Notes: generated by a model from the letters alone, not told the origin. Counted from the first letter of the stretch, positions 19,621-30,564 are shown. The stretch is 64,000 nt of DNA from an uncultured Verrucomicrobiae bacterium (GCA_963735805.1 CAVTMK010000002.1:896001-960000), one strand, 5' to 3'. Numbers and translations are program-made.

Positions 19621-20414
19621 GGGACAGAGTGGGTTTGCGCCGAGAAAGTGATTCCCCAGAGAAGTGTCAGTGCCACGCTAAATCCGACAATACAAAGGGC
19701 CGCAATTTGCTTTGGCGCGATGCGCCGGAGATGTCGGCTTTGCAAAATAGCCGCGTAAAGCACCCAAACGCCAATGGCGGCCACCACTTGCACCCGTGGT
19801 AAGGGTCGGCCCGTAAAAAAGCCACTGGCTATCCCGATTGTATAAAGAATGAAGCCCCACCAAAGCAGATGTGTGATCGCCGCAAAGAGATCAGTCAGTG
19901 GCGGCAGGTGGTAAAAGATTGAGTGCAAGTGATGGGTCTTGAGCTGGCGCTCCTGGACGAGGTACATCACTCCGGCGATGCAGGCGAGCGCGAACGCGCC
20001 ATAGGCGATTAGCGAAATCGATGCGTGAAATTCCAGCCAGGAATTTGGGGGCATCTTGACTGCGTGACGAACATCAATTGGCGCAATCAATGCAAAGCCT
20101 TGTAGCAAAACCACCAGCGGGGCAGTAAACGCACCCATGAGCGACAGGCGGTAGGCTGGACCAACCAGTATGTAGATCAATGCTACCGACCAGGCTAAAA
20201 AGACAAAGACCTCAAACAGGTTTGTCAGCGGACACCGTCCCAAGGCATGGCCGCGGATATACAAAAACGCGGTTTGAAAAACAAAACCCAGGCCAATCGC
20301 CAGGAAATTAAGCCTTCCCGGCCGAAAGAGTCCGGCGCGCAAAGCAAGGACCGTGCGCACGACTGCCGCAAGAAAACAGATCGTCGAAATGATGAGAAGA
20401 TCTCGATCCACCAA
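19617..20414 (-). CDS. Cytochrome c assembly (CcsA-family, HemX-like) membrane protein
   Basis: Multi-TM protein with WLEFHASISLIAYGAF and MYLVQERQLK motifs; first gene of the hem operon. Confidence 0.8.
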   Translation of the reverse strand: MVDRDLLIISTICFLAAVVRTVLALRAGLFRPGRLNFLAIGLGFVFQTAFLYIRGHALGRCPLTNLFEVFVFLAWSVALIYILVGPAYRLSLMGAFTAPLVVLLQGFALIAPIDVRHAVKMPPNSWLEFHASISLIAYGAFALACIAGVMYLVQERQLKTHHLHSIFYHLPPLTDLFAAITHLLWWGFILYTIGIASGFFTGRPLPRVQVVAAIGVWVLYAAILQSRHLRRIAPKQIAALCIVGFSVALTLLWGITFSAQTHSVP

Positions 20415-20473
20415 CGCCTATTCTAGAGTCGCTCGCGCTCATGGCAAAGCACCTTGTATTGCGTTAGCCGCCA

Positions 20474-20501
20474 TTGACGTTTGCCTGCAGACCGCTAGCG
20501 T
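20474..20501 (+). promoter_or_regulatory. Putative sigma70 promoter giving a near-leaderless apt transcript
   Basis: TTGACG-16 bp-TAGCGT ending 8 nt before ATG 20510; no SD visible. Confidence 0.4.
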
Positions 20502-20509
20502 CGCGGCCA

Positions 20510-21040
20510 ATGGCTTCCAACCTGGCCGAGAAATTGCGTGCGAGCGTGCGCGACGTTCCCGATTTTCCGAAAAAGGGCATCATATTCAAGGATATCACGC
20601 CGATCCTGAGCGATCCGGTGCTGTTTCATGCATCAATCGATCTCTTTTTGGAGCGCTGCCGCGGAACGAAGATCGACAAAATCGTTGGGATCGACGCGCG
20701 CGGATTTCTCTTTGGGTCGGCGGTAGCCTATGAACTCGGTGTCGGCTTCGTTCCGATCCGGAAGCGTGGCAAGCTCCCTTTTCAGACTGAGATCGCCAGC
20801 TACTCGCTTGAGTACGGCGAAGCGGAAATGGAAATGCATGTCGACGCCATTACACCGGGCGAACGAATTGTGCTGATAGATGATCTACTGGCGACTGGCG
20901 GCACGTCTGCCGCCGCGGCTGTCCTCGTTCGCAAAGCCGGGGGAAACTTGCTCGAAGCACAGTTTTTGATCGAGCTGGGTTTCCTTCATGGCCGCAGGAA
21001 ACTTGAGCCGACACCCGTGACTTCATTCTTTAAATACTGA
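20510..21040 (+). CDS. apt: Adenine phosphoribosyltransferase
   Basis: DFPKKGIIFKDITP, GIDARGF, IDDLLATGGT PRPP-binding motif. Confidence 0.95.
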   Translation: MASNLAEKLRASVRDVPDFPKKGIIFKDITPILSDPVLFHASIDLFLERCRGTKIDKIVGIDARGFLFGSAVAYELGVGFVPIRKRGKLPFQTEIASYSLEYGEAEMEMHVDAITPGERIVLIDDLLATGGTSAAAAVLVRKAGGNLLEAQFLIELGFLHGRRKLEPTPVTSFFKY

Positions 21041-21173
21041 AGTTCGGAGGCCATAAGGTCTTTTTCATTAGGTAAAGCAGGGGAGGGTCATTCGCGGATT
21101 CTTCGTTCTACATCTGAGATCGATTTGGATTTTGAAGAACCAATTTTAGATTGAATAGCCATCCGAATTAGTA

Positions 21174-23950
21174 ATGAGGACGTCCCGTCATTTGGAACAA
21201 GTTCTGACGCACGCAGCCAAACGCCTCGCGGCCACTGGAGCCAGGCGTCCAACCGAAGTCCTCCCGCTCTACAAGAAGTTTCTTAAGGTCGAGGAGCATC
21301 GGTTGCGTTTGAAACACCAGGCTGGCGGGGGCGGTCGCGAAATTTGCGCCCAGCGTGCAGAGCTGGTTGATGTCTTGTTGCAATACGTTTTCGGCGCTGC
21401 CACATCGGCTGGTGGTGGCGGCGCCGGCGCCGTCAAAGTTCCTCTGGCATTGATTGCTCTTGGCGGATATGGGCGGGGTGAGCTCAATCCCTTTAGTGAT
21501 ATCGATGTGATGCTACTGCATAAAGGGAGGAAGCAGATTTCGCCCCAGTTAGAGGAAATGGTAGAACAGGTCCTCTATCTTCTTTGGGATAGCGGTTTCA
21601 AGGTTGGACACTCCACCCGTTCGATCAAAGAGGCGATTGCCGCAGGCCAATCGTGATATGCGCACAAAGACCGCCATGCTGGAGTCGCGGTTCCTCGCAG
21701 GGGATGCAGAACTGGGCCGGGAATTTCGACGTCAGTTTCGTTCGAAGTGCGTCAGGGGATACGAACGTGAATATGTCGAAATGCGCATGCAGGATCAGGT
21801 CGCGCGACATAAGAAATTCGGCGACAGCGTTTATCTGCAGGAACCAAATCTAAAGAGTGGCTGCGGCGGTCTGCGCGATTATCAAAATCTTCTTTGGATG
21901 ACGTACTTTAAAGAGGGTTCACTGAGCACTAATCAGTTGGTCGGTAAAGACTGGTTAAGCGAAAGCGACCAGCGCCGGATCGAAAAGGCCTACGATTTTC
22001 TCCTGCGGTTGCGCACGGCCTTGCATTACGCCACGGAACGCGCCACCGATATACTTCATACTAATTTGCAGGAACAGATCGCGAAACGGCTCGATTATTC
22101 TTCCACGAACGGCCAGCTCCGCAGTGAGACATTGATGCGGGACTATTACGAGCACACGCGAAACATCTTCCGGGTCACGGAACGCATTACCGAGCAATTT
22201 GTAAGCGGGCATGTCACGAGCAAGACCCGTTCGCTCTTCAGTTTTCTTCCGCTGATGCGAGCGGACAAAACTCCCGTTGGAGATTTTTTCTTTGTTCGCA
22301 ACAAACACTTGCATCCGGCGCGTCGCGATCTTTTTCGCAAAGACCCCGAGCAAATGATGCGGGCATTTCAATTTGCGCAGGAACAGCTCTTGGACCTGAG
22401 CCCGGAATTGGAGGATCTGTTGAGCAGAAGCCTCGGCCAGGTTACCCGTACGTATCAATATGCGCGCGGACCGCGGGCGATCTTTAAATCGATTCTGTCA
22501 CAAAAAGGGAGAGTAGGTCGTATCCTCCGGATGATGCATCGGGTCGATTTTCTGGGACGATACATTCCCGAATTCGGCCAGCTTACCTGCCTGGTGCAGC
22601 ATGAGTTTCTCCATCGTTACACGGCTGACGAACACACACTGGTGTGCATTGACAAGCTTGATGCCCTGGCACAGACCAATGATCCGAAGTTGATCTCTTA
22701 TCGCAAAATATTTGAGCAATTGGAGGACCCGTTCGTTCTCTATCTTGCGCTTCTCTTGCACGATAGCGGTAAAGCGGTTGGCGCCAGGCCACATTCCGAA
22801 GCGAGTGCGCTCTTCGCTCAGCGCGTCGCTGCGCGTCTGCAGTTGTCATCTGAGCAGCGCAAGTCGCTGATCCTGCTGGTCGATCATCACCTCACGCTTT
22901 CCAAAATCGCGCAGCAAAGAAATCTTGATGACCCCGCCACTGTCACGGATTTCGCCCACATCGTGAAGCATCAGAAAAACCTAAATGCACTGATGCTGTT
23001 AACACTGGCGGATGGCCAGGGTACAAGCGCGGAGGCATGGTCGGATTGGAAAGAATCTCTGGTATGGGAATTATTTCACGAGACTTCTCGCTTCCTGGCG
23101 GACCAAAAATCTTATTACGAACAAACAAAGGTCGAGCGTGAAAGCTTGCAGGCCTCTGTGACCGCGAAGCTTTCCGCAGATTTTGCCGAGGAAATCGAAG
23201 CGCATTTTGAGTTCATGCCCGACAATTATTTTCGCGCCAGCGACGTCCCCGACATTGTTGAACATCTGAAATTGTTCCGCTCGTTTCTCGAAAATGTTTC
23301 CAGCGAAGGAGATTTTCCGCTGGCTCCGGCTATCAAATGGAAAGCACTTCCGGAGCAGGGGCACAGCGTTGTCACATTCTGTACGTGGGAACGCGAAAGA
23401 TTATTGGCAAAAGTGGCCGGCTCATTTTCCGTTGTACCGTTAAATATTCTGAGCGCTGATATTTTCCTGCGCGGCGACAATGTCATGCTGGGTGTTTTTC
23501 GCGTGTGCGAGACAAACGCGCGCCCCGTGACTCACCAGCGAGATTTCGCGCTGGTAGAGCAAACATTGCGTCGAGCGCTCGAAGACGAGAGCTTCGATTT
23601 CCTTCCGCTAATCGAAAAGGCAAAGCGCCAGAGCGATCATCTTGCGCCAGGGATTGAATTTCCGATGCGGATTGCCATCGATAACAAAACGCATCCGATC
23701 TATACGCTTATTGAGATTCAAGCACCAGACCGATTGGGCTTGCTTTACGACGTCCTGACGCTGTCTTGATCGCGAAAATCTTCAGGTCACGTTGTCTCGC
23801 ATCAACACGCAGGCGGGCGCAGCCATCGATACTCTGTATGTCGTGGATCGCTTCACACGTACCAAGATTACCGATCCGCATCGTATCGGGGAGATCCAGC
23901 ACCGTCTTCAAAACGCAATTTTGAGTGGAGGCGTTCCAAAAACGAAGTAG
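21174..23950 (+). CDS. glnD: [Protein-PII] uridylyltransferase, split by two apparent frameshifts (~21645 and ~23761)
   Basis: GGYGRGELNPFSDID, EPNLKSGCGGLRD, HRYTADEH, LLHDSGK, ACT domain DRLGLLY; the C-terminus continues in another frame (RINTQAGAAIDTLYV) to TAG at 23950. Confidence 0.9.
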
Positions 23951-23984
23951 TAAAAGCAGCACCCAGCTCTGCTTTCCCGATTTT

Positions 23985-24743
23985 ATGAATGTTTTGATTC
24001 TGGCGGCCGGATACGCAACACGCCTTTATCCATTGACGCTCAACAAGGCGAAGCCATTGCTGGTCGTCGGCGGCAAAGCCGATTATCGAATGGGCTGGTG
24101 GATAATCTTGAAGGCAGTTCCGGATCTGGAAACGATTTATGTAGTGACGAACGACAAATTCGCCCCGGACTTTCAGACTTGGAGCGAGCGGTATCATAAT
24201 CGACATCCGCAATTCAAATTCAAGATCGTCAACGATGGTTCCAAGAGCGACGAAGACAAGCTGGGCGCAATTGGAGACATCAATTTTGTTGTCACGGGAG
24301 AGAACCTGGCGCAAAGCAGCTTGCTAATTGTCGCCGGCGACAACCTGTTTACCGAATCGCTCAGGCGGATTTGTGGCGTGCGCTAATGGAACCGAAGCGA
24401 CGGTTGGCGGTCTTTGATGTCGGGGATCCTGAAGCGATCAAAAAATACGGCAACGTTGCTAATCAATGACGATGGAATCATCACGCACTTGGAGGAGAAA
24501 CCACAGAAACCGCGGGGAACACTGGCTGCGATCGCGCTCTACTATTATTCTCCTGCGGTGCTCTCTCTTTTGAGCACGTATCTTGCTGCTGGCAATAATG
24601 CGGATCAGCCCGGCCGTTTTGTGCAGTGGCTCTACACGCGTAAACCGGTGAAGACGTTCCAGATCAAGGGAAAATGGCTCGATATCGGAAGCAAGGAGAC
24701 GCTCGAGAATGCCGACGATTCAGATCGCCTTGACGAAGCGTAG
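23985..24743 (+). CDS. Sugar-phosphate nucleotidyltransferase (RmlA-like NTP_transferase), frameshifted
   Basis: ILAAGYATRLYPLT..KPLL, AGDN, EEKP, WLDIGS across ORF pieces 23925..24386 and 24414..24743. Confidence 0.85.
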
Positions 24744-24768
24744 ATCACGATAGCGCTTAACGAAGCCG

Positions 24769-25191
24769 TTACTTCAATCCGTCCTTCGTCAAACTCAATC
24801 AAATCGAAATAAGTCCGAATATCTTTGCGCCCTTCGCCGCCGGCCTCCTTCAGGAAATGGAGAAACCGCGCCTTTTTTGCGGCCGTGTCGGGATGCCGCG
24901 AAATCATCGCCTGATTCCATTGTTCAATCGCTTCGGAGCGAATGTTGGGCTCCGTTTTTCTGCACCCACCTTAGAATTGCTTTATCCTCGTCCAACCGGT
25001 TGGCCATTTCCTCAAAGGCGTCGCCGTCGATTTTCAGAAACGCGAGCAAGATGCTTGTCGAATCCGACGGTCTTATAGTTGTAGCCGTCGAGCAGTCCTT
25101 TCCGATGCAGCCTGGCTTTGTCGATCAAGCGCGGCAGATGCACGTAGCCGCCGAGTTTCTCGTAAGGACTGCGTGGATGCAGTCTTTGCAT
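24769..25191 (-). CDS. DUF5069-like protein, frameshifted; 3' end approximate
   Basis: PRSPYEKLGGYVHLPRLIDKAR N-terminus and TYFDLIEFDEGR C-terminus in different frames. Confidence 0.7.
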
Positions 25192-25204
25192 GGAAGGGAT
25201 CGTA

Positions 25205-26052
25205 TTAAGTCGCAGGTAGCGGCCGCGGGGCGACCCCTGAAAAATCACTCTCCGGAACGCGTGCGACGTCCGGTTTTTGATCCTGCAGCAATTCTCCCTG
25301 TGTAAGGTCGACCCGGCCAATCACAAGCTGACCGGAAAACATACCGCCTTTTTCAACGTGATCGCCCTCGCTGTCACATCGCCTTCGAGGGCGCCTTTTC
25401 TTTGGATGGTCACGGTTTGCGCAACGATTTCGCCCGACATTCGCCTCTTGATTTCGATGCTTTCCGCGCAAACCCGTCGGAAGCAGTGAATATCAGCTTT
25501 GCGCTCGACGATGACATGCCGTGCGCTGATGCGGCCAGGAATTTTGCCCGCAAAGTTGATCGTCGCGGTGTCGTCGCAGTGCAGATTGCCGCGCAGTCTG
25601 CCTTCTATTAAGGCGGACCGGCAAACCACACTGCTGCTGCCCAGATCGCCTTTGCCTGTCAAATGGACGTCTCCGCGCGTTCGAATGCGTTCGACTGAAA
25701 CCGCTGGTGATTTTGTAGTCGCGCAGATCGATGTGCGCACTGCACGACGGGACAGATCGTCGAAGTGGCAGTGCCACAGACCTGCTGTTTCCGTTTACAA
25801 TCGAAGCACTCGATAACGGAGCTGTGTTGTCGTTTCCAAAAGTCCTCAAATTTGCCGAGAATCGATGAGCTTGGCGGCGGCGGAGGCGCTTCTTCCCGGG
25901 TCCGTAACTTCAGGCCGGGTTTCGGCGCAAACGGCGAAAAATAGCGGCCACACTGGCGACAGATCGAGCTTTTCGCCGCTGCATATTCCATCTGCTTGAA
26001 GCCACAGTGCGGACATTCCAGCACTGACTTTTGCAGGCGACGGACTGGCCAC
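25205..26052 (-). CDS. Double zinc-ribbon plus bactofilin (polymer-forming cytoskeletal) protein, frameshifted
   Basis: CPHC..CRQC and CFDC..CP(S)C pairs followed by beta-helix segments (GRLRGNLHC, GEIVAQTVTI..GALEGDVTA, GGMFSG). Confidence 0.75.
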
Positions 26053-26078
26053 CGGACGCTAACCCCTAATTCCCTTCC

Positions 26079-26492
26079 TTATCCGCGCCCTCCGAATGCT
26101 GCCTTGATCGGCTCGCTGGATCGCACAACTTCCGGGCGAGCCGGGGCCGACTTCGCGGAAACCATTCCGCTGGTGACTTCGGATTTGCCGATAAAAGTTG
26201 CGCCTTCTTCAATGACAAGACGCGCTGCTTTCAGATCGCCCTGCAATGTGCACTTTGATTTTAGCTCGCAACGCTCGCCCACCGTGATGTTACCCTGCAC
26301 TTTACCATAGACGGTGATCGATTTGGTTTTTATCTCGCCGCGAATATCAGCGTTTTCACCAATCGTCAAGACGCCGTCAGAATTGATTTCCCCTTCGACC
26401 TTCCCGTCGATGAGAAGTTCCTTTTGGAACTTGATCGAGCCTTTGATTTCGACATCGCTCGAGAGAATGTCTTTGCCACCGTGATCTGCCAT
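26079..26492 (-). CDS. Bactofilin (DUF583); true start may be ATG 26631 via a frameshifted N-terminal extension
   Basis: VEIKGSIKF..LLIDGKVEGEI..LTIGENADIRGEI..GDLKAARLVIEEGATFIG. Confidence 0.9.
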   Translation of the reverse strand: MADHGGKDILSSDVEIKGSIKFQKELLIDGKVEGEINSDGVLTIGENADIRGEIKTKSITVYGKVQGNITVGERCELKSKCTLQGDLKAARLVIEEGATFIGKSEVTSGMVSAKSAPARPEVVRSSEPIKAAFGGRG

Positions 26493-26662
26493 AGGATTTG
26501 GTTTATTCGATGATTGTTGTTGTTATTGGTTGTTCGCCATTCGCAGGATGATTTTCTTCATCTATCCCCGAATACCGTGGTCTTTCTGGGATCGGCGGCA
26601 TCGGCTTTTGCGGGACGAATCTTTTGAGCATTCGGTAGTATTGTGACAGTCGCCAACGTCTG

Positions 26663-28271
26663 TCAACGAATTCTCGCTTCGAGTGCGCAATTTTTATTAT
26701 CGTCAACACTGCGGTACAGTTTGAACGTGCCATTCTGCTCAGAAAATATCAGGAACGGCGGTGCGTGGGCTGGCGTTCTATCCAGGACGCGGCACATCGA
26801 AGGTTCGGGCGCTGACTGATTCAGAACGGCTTCGGAATTTTGCAGCCACACGTTCGAAATCGTACGCAATAACCCATGCCACTTGATGATTTTCCAGAAT
26901 TTGGCGGGCTTTCCGCCAATCTTCGGAGAGGAAAAATCGCGCGCTGTCAGCGATGCCGTTGAGGCTTTCGTGCGAGCTTCCGGCTACCCCCGGCTGCCCG
27001 GACCAGTATGCGATCGACGGTGAAAGCCACCACGGCGCAAGGAACGGACGAGTCTTCGACGATCGCAAACTGATCGCCAGGTCTCGCAATTGCGCTGATT
27101 CATTGCGCCGTTCGGCACGTTCCGCCAGTTGCGCTTCGTTTGGCCAAAGCCTTTCATCCCAGTCCCGCAGAATGGGGAACAGTCGACAACACAAACGCGA
27201 TCCAAACTGCTGTCGGTGGTTTGATCTGCTCGAGCAAACGCGGAAGCGCTAGAGCAAAGATCAAGACGAAGAAGTAGCCCCACCGCGCCTGCCAAACCGT
27301 GAGCGCGTAGGTTGCAACCAGAAGCACCAGAACAAATGTTGGAATCGTTTCCCTGCTTTTGTGCCTTGTCTTGATCACGCTGATCCAAATTAGGAACGGC
27401 GTCACGAGAAGTAGATAACCGGTCCACCGCAACCAAATTGGATTGGCTGGTGAGACATGCGCCAGTTCGCCAATCGTTCGCGTCCAGTTTTGGAACAGCG
27501 GGTTGGAATAAAACCCTGAAAATGACGGCACACGTTGCTCGATCAAAAGCGCGATCCCGATGACAAGAACGAAACAAAACCACCCCGCACGACAAGACCT
27601 GGCCGAAATCGCCCGTGGTTTTTCAATCATGTTTACAATCAGCGCAAGCAAAAATAGAACGAGCGACTCATAAGCCGAAGTCCAGATCGCCAATCCCCAA
27701 GCGATTCCACTGATGAGGCTCCATCTCACGAGGTTTGTCGCGGATTCCGCTGCTTCCGCCCGGCTCCATTCAGCGCAGATCGCGATCGTAATCAGCAGCA
27801 ACAACAAGGATTGATGGTCGGGTCTGCCGAGCTCCGTCCCATGAGCGAGAATGGGGCTGATCGCGTACAGAATCAGCATCACCCAGCGATACCGGAGTTT
27901 CAGCGCGACCACCACCAAAGGAACCAGACCCCGAATAGTGCGAGTAATGGCGAAATAAGCGCGCCGGCCAGGTCGATCGCGTGCGCCGTGAATAGTTTTA
28001 GAAAAATCGACAACGCCAGAATGAGATAATCGAACGGAGCAGTTGTATGTGGAGTGGTTCCTGCTGGGAAATTTTCAAAATCGTGATGCCGTAGGATCAG
28101 CCCCGGATGCTGCGAGCACATCCGCACCCGCGTCATCCGGGCGTAACAATCGGCATCGGTGAAATAAACATTCCCAGCGACAAACACGTCCTGGTAATTC
28201 GCGCAGCGTGTGGTCAGGACCAGTACGCTGAGAAGTGCGATTTCAATGATATGAAGGGCCGCGCGAATCAC
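26663..28271 (-). CDS. STT3/AglB-like GT-C membrane glycosyltransferase, split by several frameshifts; ends approximate
   Basis: N-terminal FTDADCYARM, GRPDHQS loop, many TM helices, C-terminal soluble part LAPWWLSPSIAYW..VA..ARFFLSED..A..IL..WVI. Confidence 0.65.
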
Positions 28272-28315
28272 GTCGTCATCCCAAATCCGCAATTCGAAAT
28301 TCGCAATCCGAAATT

Positions 28316-28349
28316 TTGGTTAATCGCCCGGCTTTCCGGGTTGGTCACC
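28316..28349 (+). repeat. Third, partial copy of the tRNA-Ile2 upstream region
   Basis: TTGGTTAATCGCCCGGCTTTCCGGGTTGGTCACC matches 31570..31603 at 30/34 positions, the last 19 identical. Confidence 0.85.
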
Positions 28350-28496
28350 CGTGCCAGACGTGCAATGAACAGGCAAGAGCCGCAGTGCGTTCCCTTCCGA
28401 AGTGGAGATACTATCCAACGTGCGGTTTCAGATTTTCTGCCAGAGCCGCGGGAAATGGACAACGCCAGTTGTGCCCGGAACCGTCGAAGCTGATCC

Positions 28497-29396
28497 TCAC
28501 TTCGAGCTGTCGATGATCTGTTGCGCGTTCTTGATCGCTGATTCGTCCGGCGCTTTGTCTTTCTTCAGGATGTCGATCGCTTTTTGTGCCGAGGCGGTGG
28601 CTTCTTTCTTGTTGCCAAGCTTGGCTTGAATCTGCGCCTTCTTGTAATGCATGAAATAAGCGTCCGGATTCTTCTCGAGCGCTTGATCGATCCACTTTGC
28701 AGCCTGCCTCATGTCCTTGTTGTTATCGTAGTAGAAGGCCGCGGCCTGATAGGCGGTGCGCGGATCGAGCGGAGTGCCTGCGCTGGCGACTGCATCGAGT
28801 TGCTTGCTTACCTGTTCGACATCGTCCGTGGTCAGCTTGACCGGCACGCGCGTTTTATCCCAAAGGAAATTAAGCGTTGCGGAAGCGCCTTTCACATCAG
28901 TTAGCGCGATGGTGAACGTCTCGATTGTGACTGGATTGGGTTCTGGCTTCGCCGTGAGACGCACGGCGTCGTTCTCCTGTTTATAGTCGGCCGCGCTCTG
29001 CACCTTCGCGTCCTTCGAAACGATGATGGTCCACTCGTCCGCTGTCGGAATCGTGAAGAGTGCGTACTCACCGGCCGGGATCTCCTTGCCGCCAAGCGTT
29101 ACCGCTTTGCTAAACTTAATTTTGGTGACCGCGTTGGCACCCGTGCGCCAGAGCTTTCCGTAAGGCACGAGGCCGCCGAAGATCTCGCGGTCGTTCTTGT
29201 TTGGGCGCGAGTAATCTACCTCGACATCAGTCAGCCCGACACGCTGTTTTATCACCGAGTGCTGGCTGGCCGCGGGGAACTCTATTTTCTTCTCCTCTGC
29301 CGCCCAAAGGCTGCCGGGCAGGAGCGATCCCGCGAACAAGGGAAGTGCGAACAAAGCGGAAAGAAGAAGCGAAGGAAGACGTGAGGATTGGATCAT
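28497..29396 (-). CDS. DUF2911-domain secreted protein with C-terminal TPR-like region
   Basis: Signal peptide; YSRP...IFGGLVPYGKLWRTGAN..T motif; C-terminal AAAFYYD..A..W TPR-like helices. Confidence 0.85.
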   Translation of the reverse strand: MIQSSRLPSLLLSALFALPLFAGSLLPGSLWAAEEKKIEFPAASQHSVIKQRVGLTDVEVDYSRPNKNDREIFGGLVPYGKLWRTGANAVTKIKFSKAVTLGGKEIPAGEYALFTIPTADEWTIIVSKDAKVQSAADYKQENDAVRLTAKPEPNPVTIETFTIALTDVKGASATLNFLWDKTRVPVKLTTDDVEQVSKQLDAVASAGTPLDPRTAYQAAAFYYDNNKDMRQAAKWIDQALEKNPDAYFMHYKKAQIQAKLGNKKEATASAQKAIDILKKDKAPDESAIKNAQQIIDSSK

Positions 29397-29627
29397 AATG
29401 TGCGGGATATATTAGGATGTGATGATTTAAGCGGAGAAGATATCGCGGGACGGCAGGAGTCAAATCGGTTTGCCCGGCCCAGCCTTAGCCTTTCGTCGAA
29501 TGAATATCGCCCTCCGTTCTGAGGATTGGCAATTCCACATCAACGAAACGCGCGAACGCAAGGGCGATTTCAAAGAATCGCAGTTTTTCTCGTATTGTTC
29601 CCGCCCCTTGGCTTAATAAGAAGGGAT

Positions 29628-29984
29628 ATGAGTGCCGCACCGATCAAAGTCTCTTTCCTCAGCCTCGCCATATCAGCGTTGATCGGGAGCTTAGTCGTCG
29701 CGTATGCGCAGTCAGGCGCCGCCGCTAATTGCGCACGGATTCGTGAAGTGCCGGGCGGCTGTGGGAAAAACGCGGGTCTTACAGAGGTATACGTTGACAA
29801 TATGCACAAGGACCGCACGGTGCGGGCGACCGTTCGGAAGCATTCGCAAGAAGGCGACGAGGACACAGAGTATGCTATTGCCGAAGGTGGCCAGCTCTTT
29901 ATCGGCTGCGGGGGTGGCGGCATCAGCTTTGCTGTTGTCCGCTGCGAAGAGTTAAAACGTGAGGCTGAAAAAAGTGATGAGTGA
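29628..29984 (+). CDS. Hypothetical secreted Cys-containing protein
   Basis: Hydrophobic signal (AYA|Q) and 4 Cys; likely start ATG 29628 within ORF 29526..29984. Confidence 0.55.
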   Translation: MSAAPIKVSFLSLAISALIGSLVVAYAQSGAAANCARIREVPGGCGKNAGLTEVYVDNMHKDRTVRATVRKHSQEGDEDTEYAIAEGGQLFIGCGGGGISFAVVRCEELKREAEKSDE

Positions 29985-30129
29985 GCAGTGCGGGGATGCA
30001 CCCGGTGATGCTGTTGGCAATCCAGTGATTCGCGGGATGAACGTTGCTTGCCAGGTTCCCGCCTTTTTCGGCAGTCTTCCCTTTAAAGGGGAAGAAATAG
30101 ATGACAAAATGCAATCTAATTCTCGTTAG

Positions 30130-30549
30130 ATGCTAATGCGCGTCGTTGCCGTCATGTTATTGCTGTCCGCGGGCATCGCTGTTGAGGCGATGTCATACTC
30201 GTTTGTTTGTAAGGCGAGCGGGCGACTGGGCGGGCCGATCCGCTTCGAGTTTTACGATGATGCAACCACACGTCCGAAGACCGATATCCAGTCATTCACC
30301 GTTTCTATACGGACCGCCGATGACCGGTGGAAGACGATGTGGTCCATCTTGAGCGGCCCTGGTCTGACACAGCCGATCGAATACGGGGTTACGCCTGCTG
30401 GTTTTACCACAATGATTCAACCGCGGAAGCTCATTCCCGGTCGCGTTTACGCCGGGTTCGCTTCCGATGGACACGGAGGCTCATCCAGTGTGACTTTCGG
30501 ATTCGATAAAAACGGAAGAATGATCTTCCCGGATTCATTCGATGAATGA
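30130..30549 (+). CDS. Hypothetical secreted protein, integron gene cassette 1
   Basis: ATG overlaps the GTTAGAT core site; signal peptide; attC follows 15 bp after the stop. Confidence 0.75.
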   Translation: MLMRVVAVMLLLSAGIAVEAMSYSFVCKASGRLGGPIRFEFYDDATTRPKTDIQSFTVSIRTADDRWKTMWSILSGPGLTQPIEYGVTPAGFTTMIQPRKLIPGRVYAGFASDGHGGSSSVTFGFDKNGRMIFPDSFDE

Positions 30550-30564
30550 GTGGCGAATGAAAGC

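Noticed and set aside
21604..23769. Programmed ribosomal frameshifting in glnD
   Set aside because: No slippery heptamer seen at the shift points, and many neighbouring genes carry similar indels.
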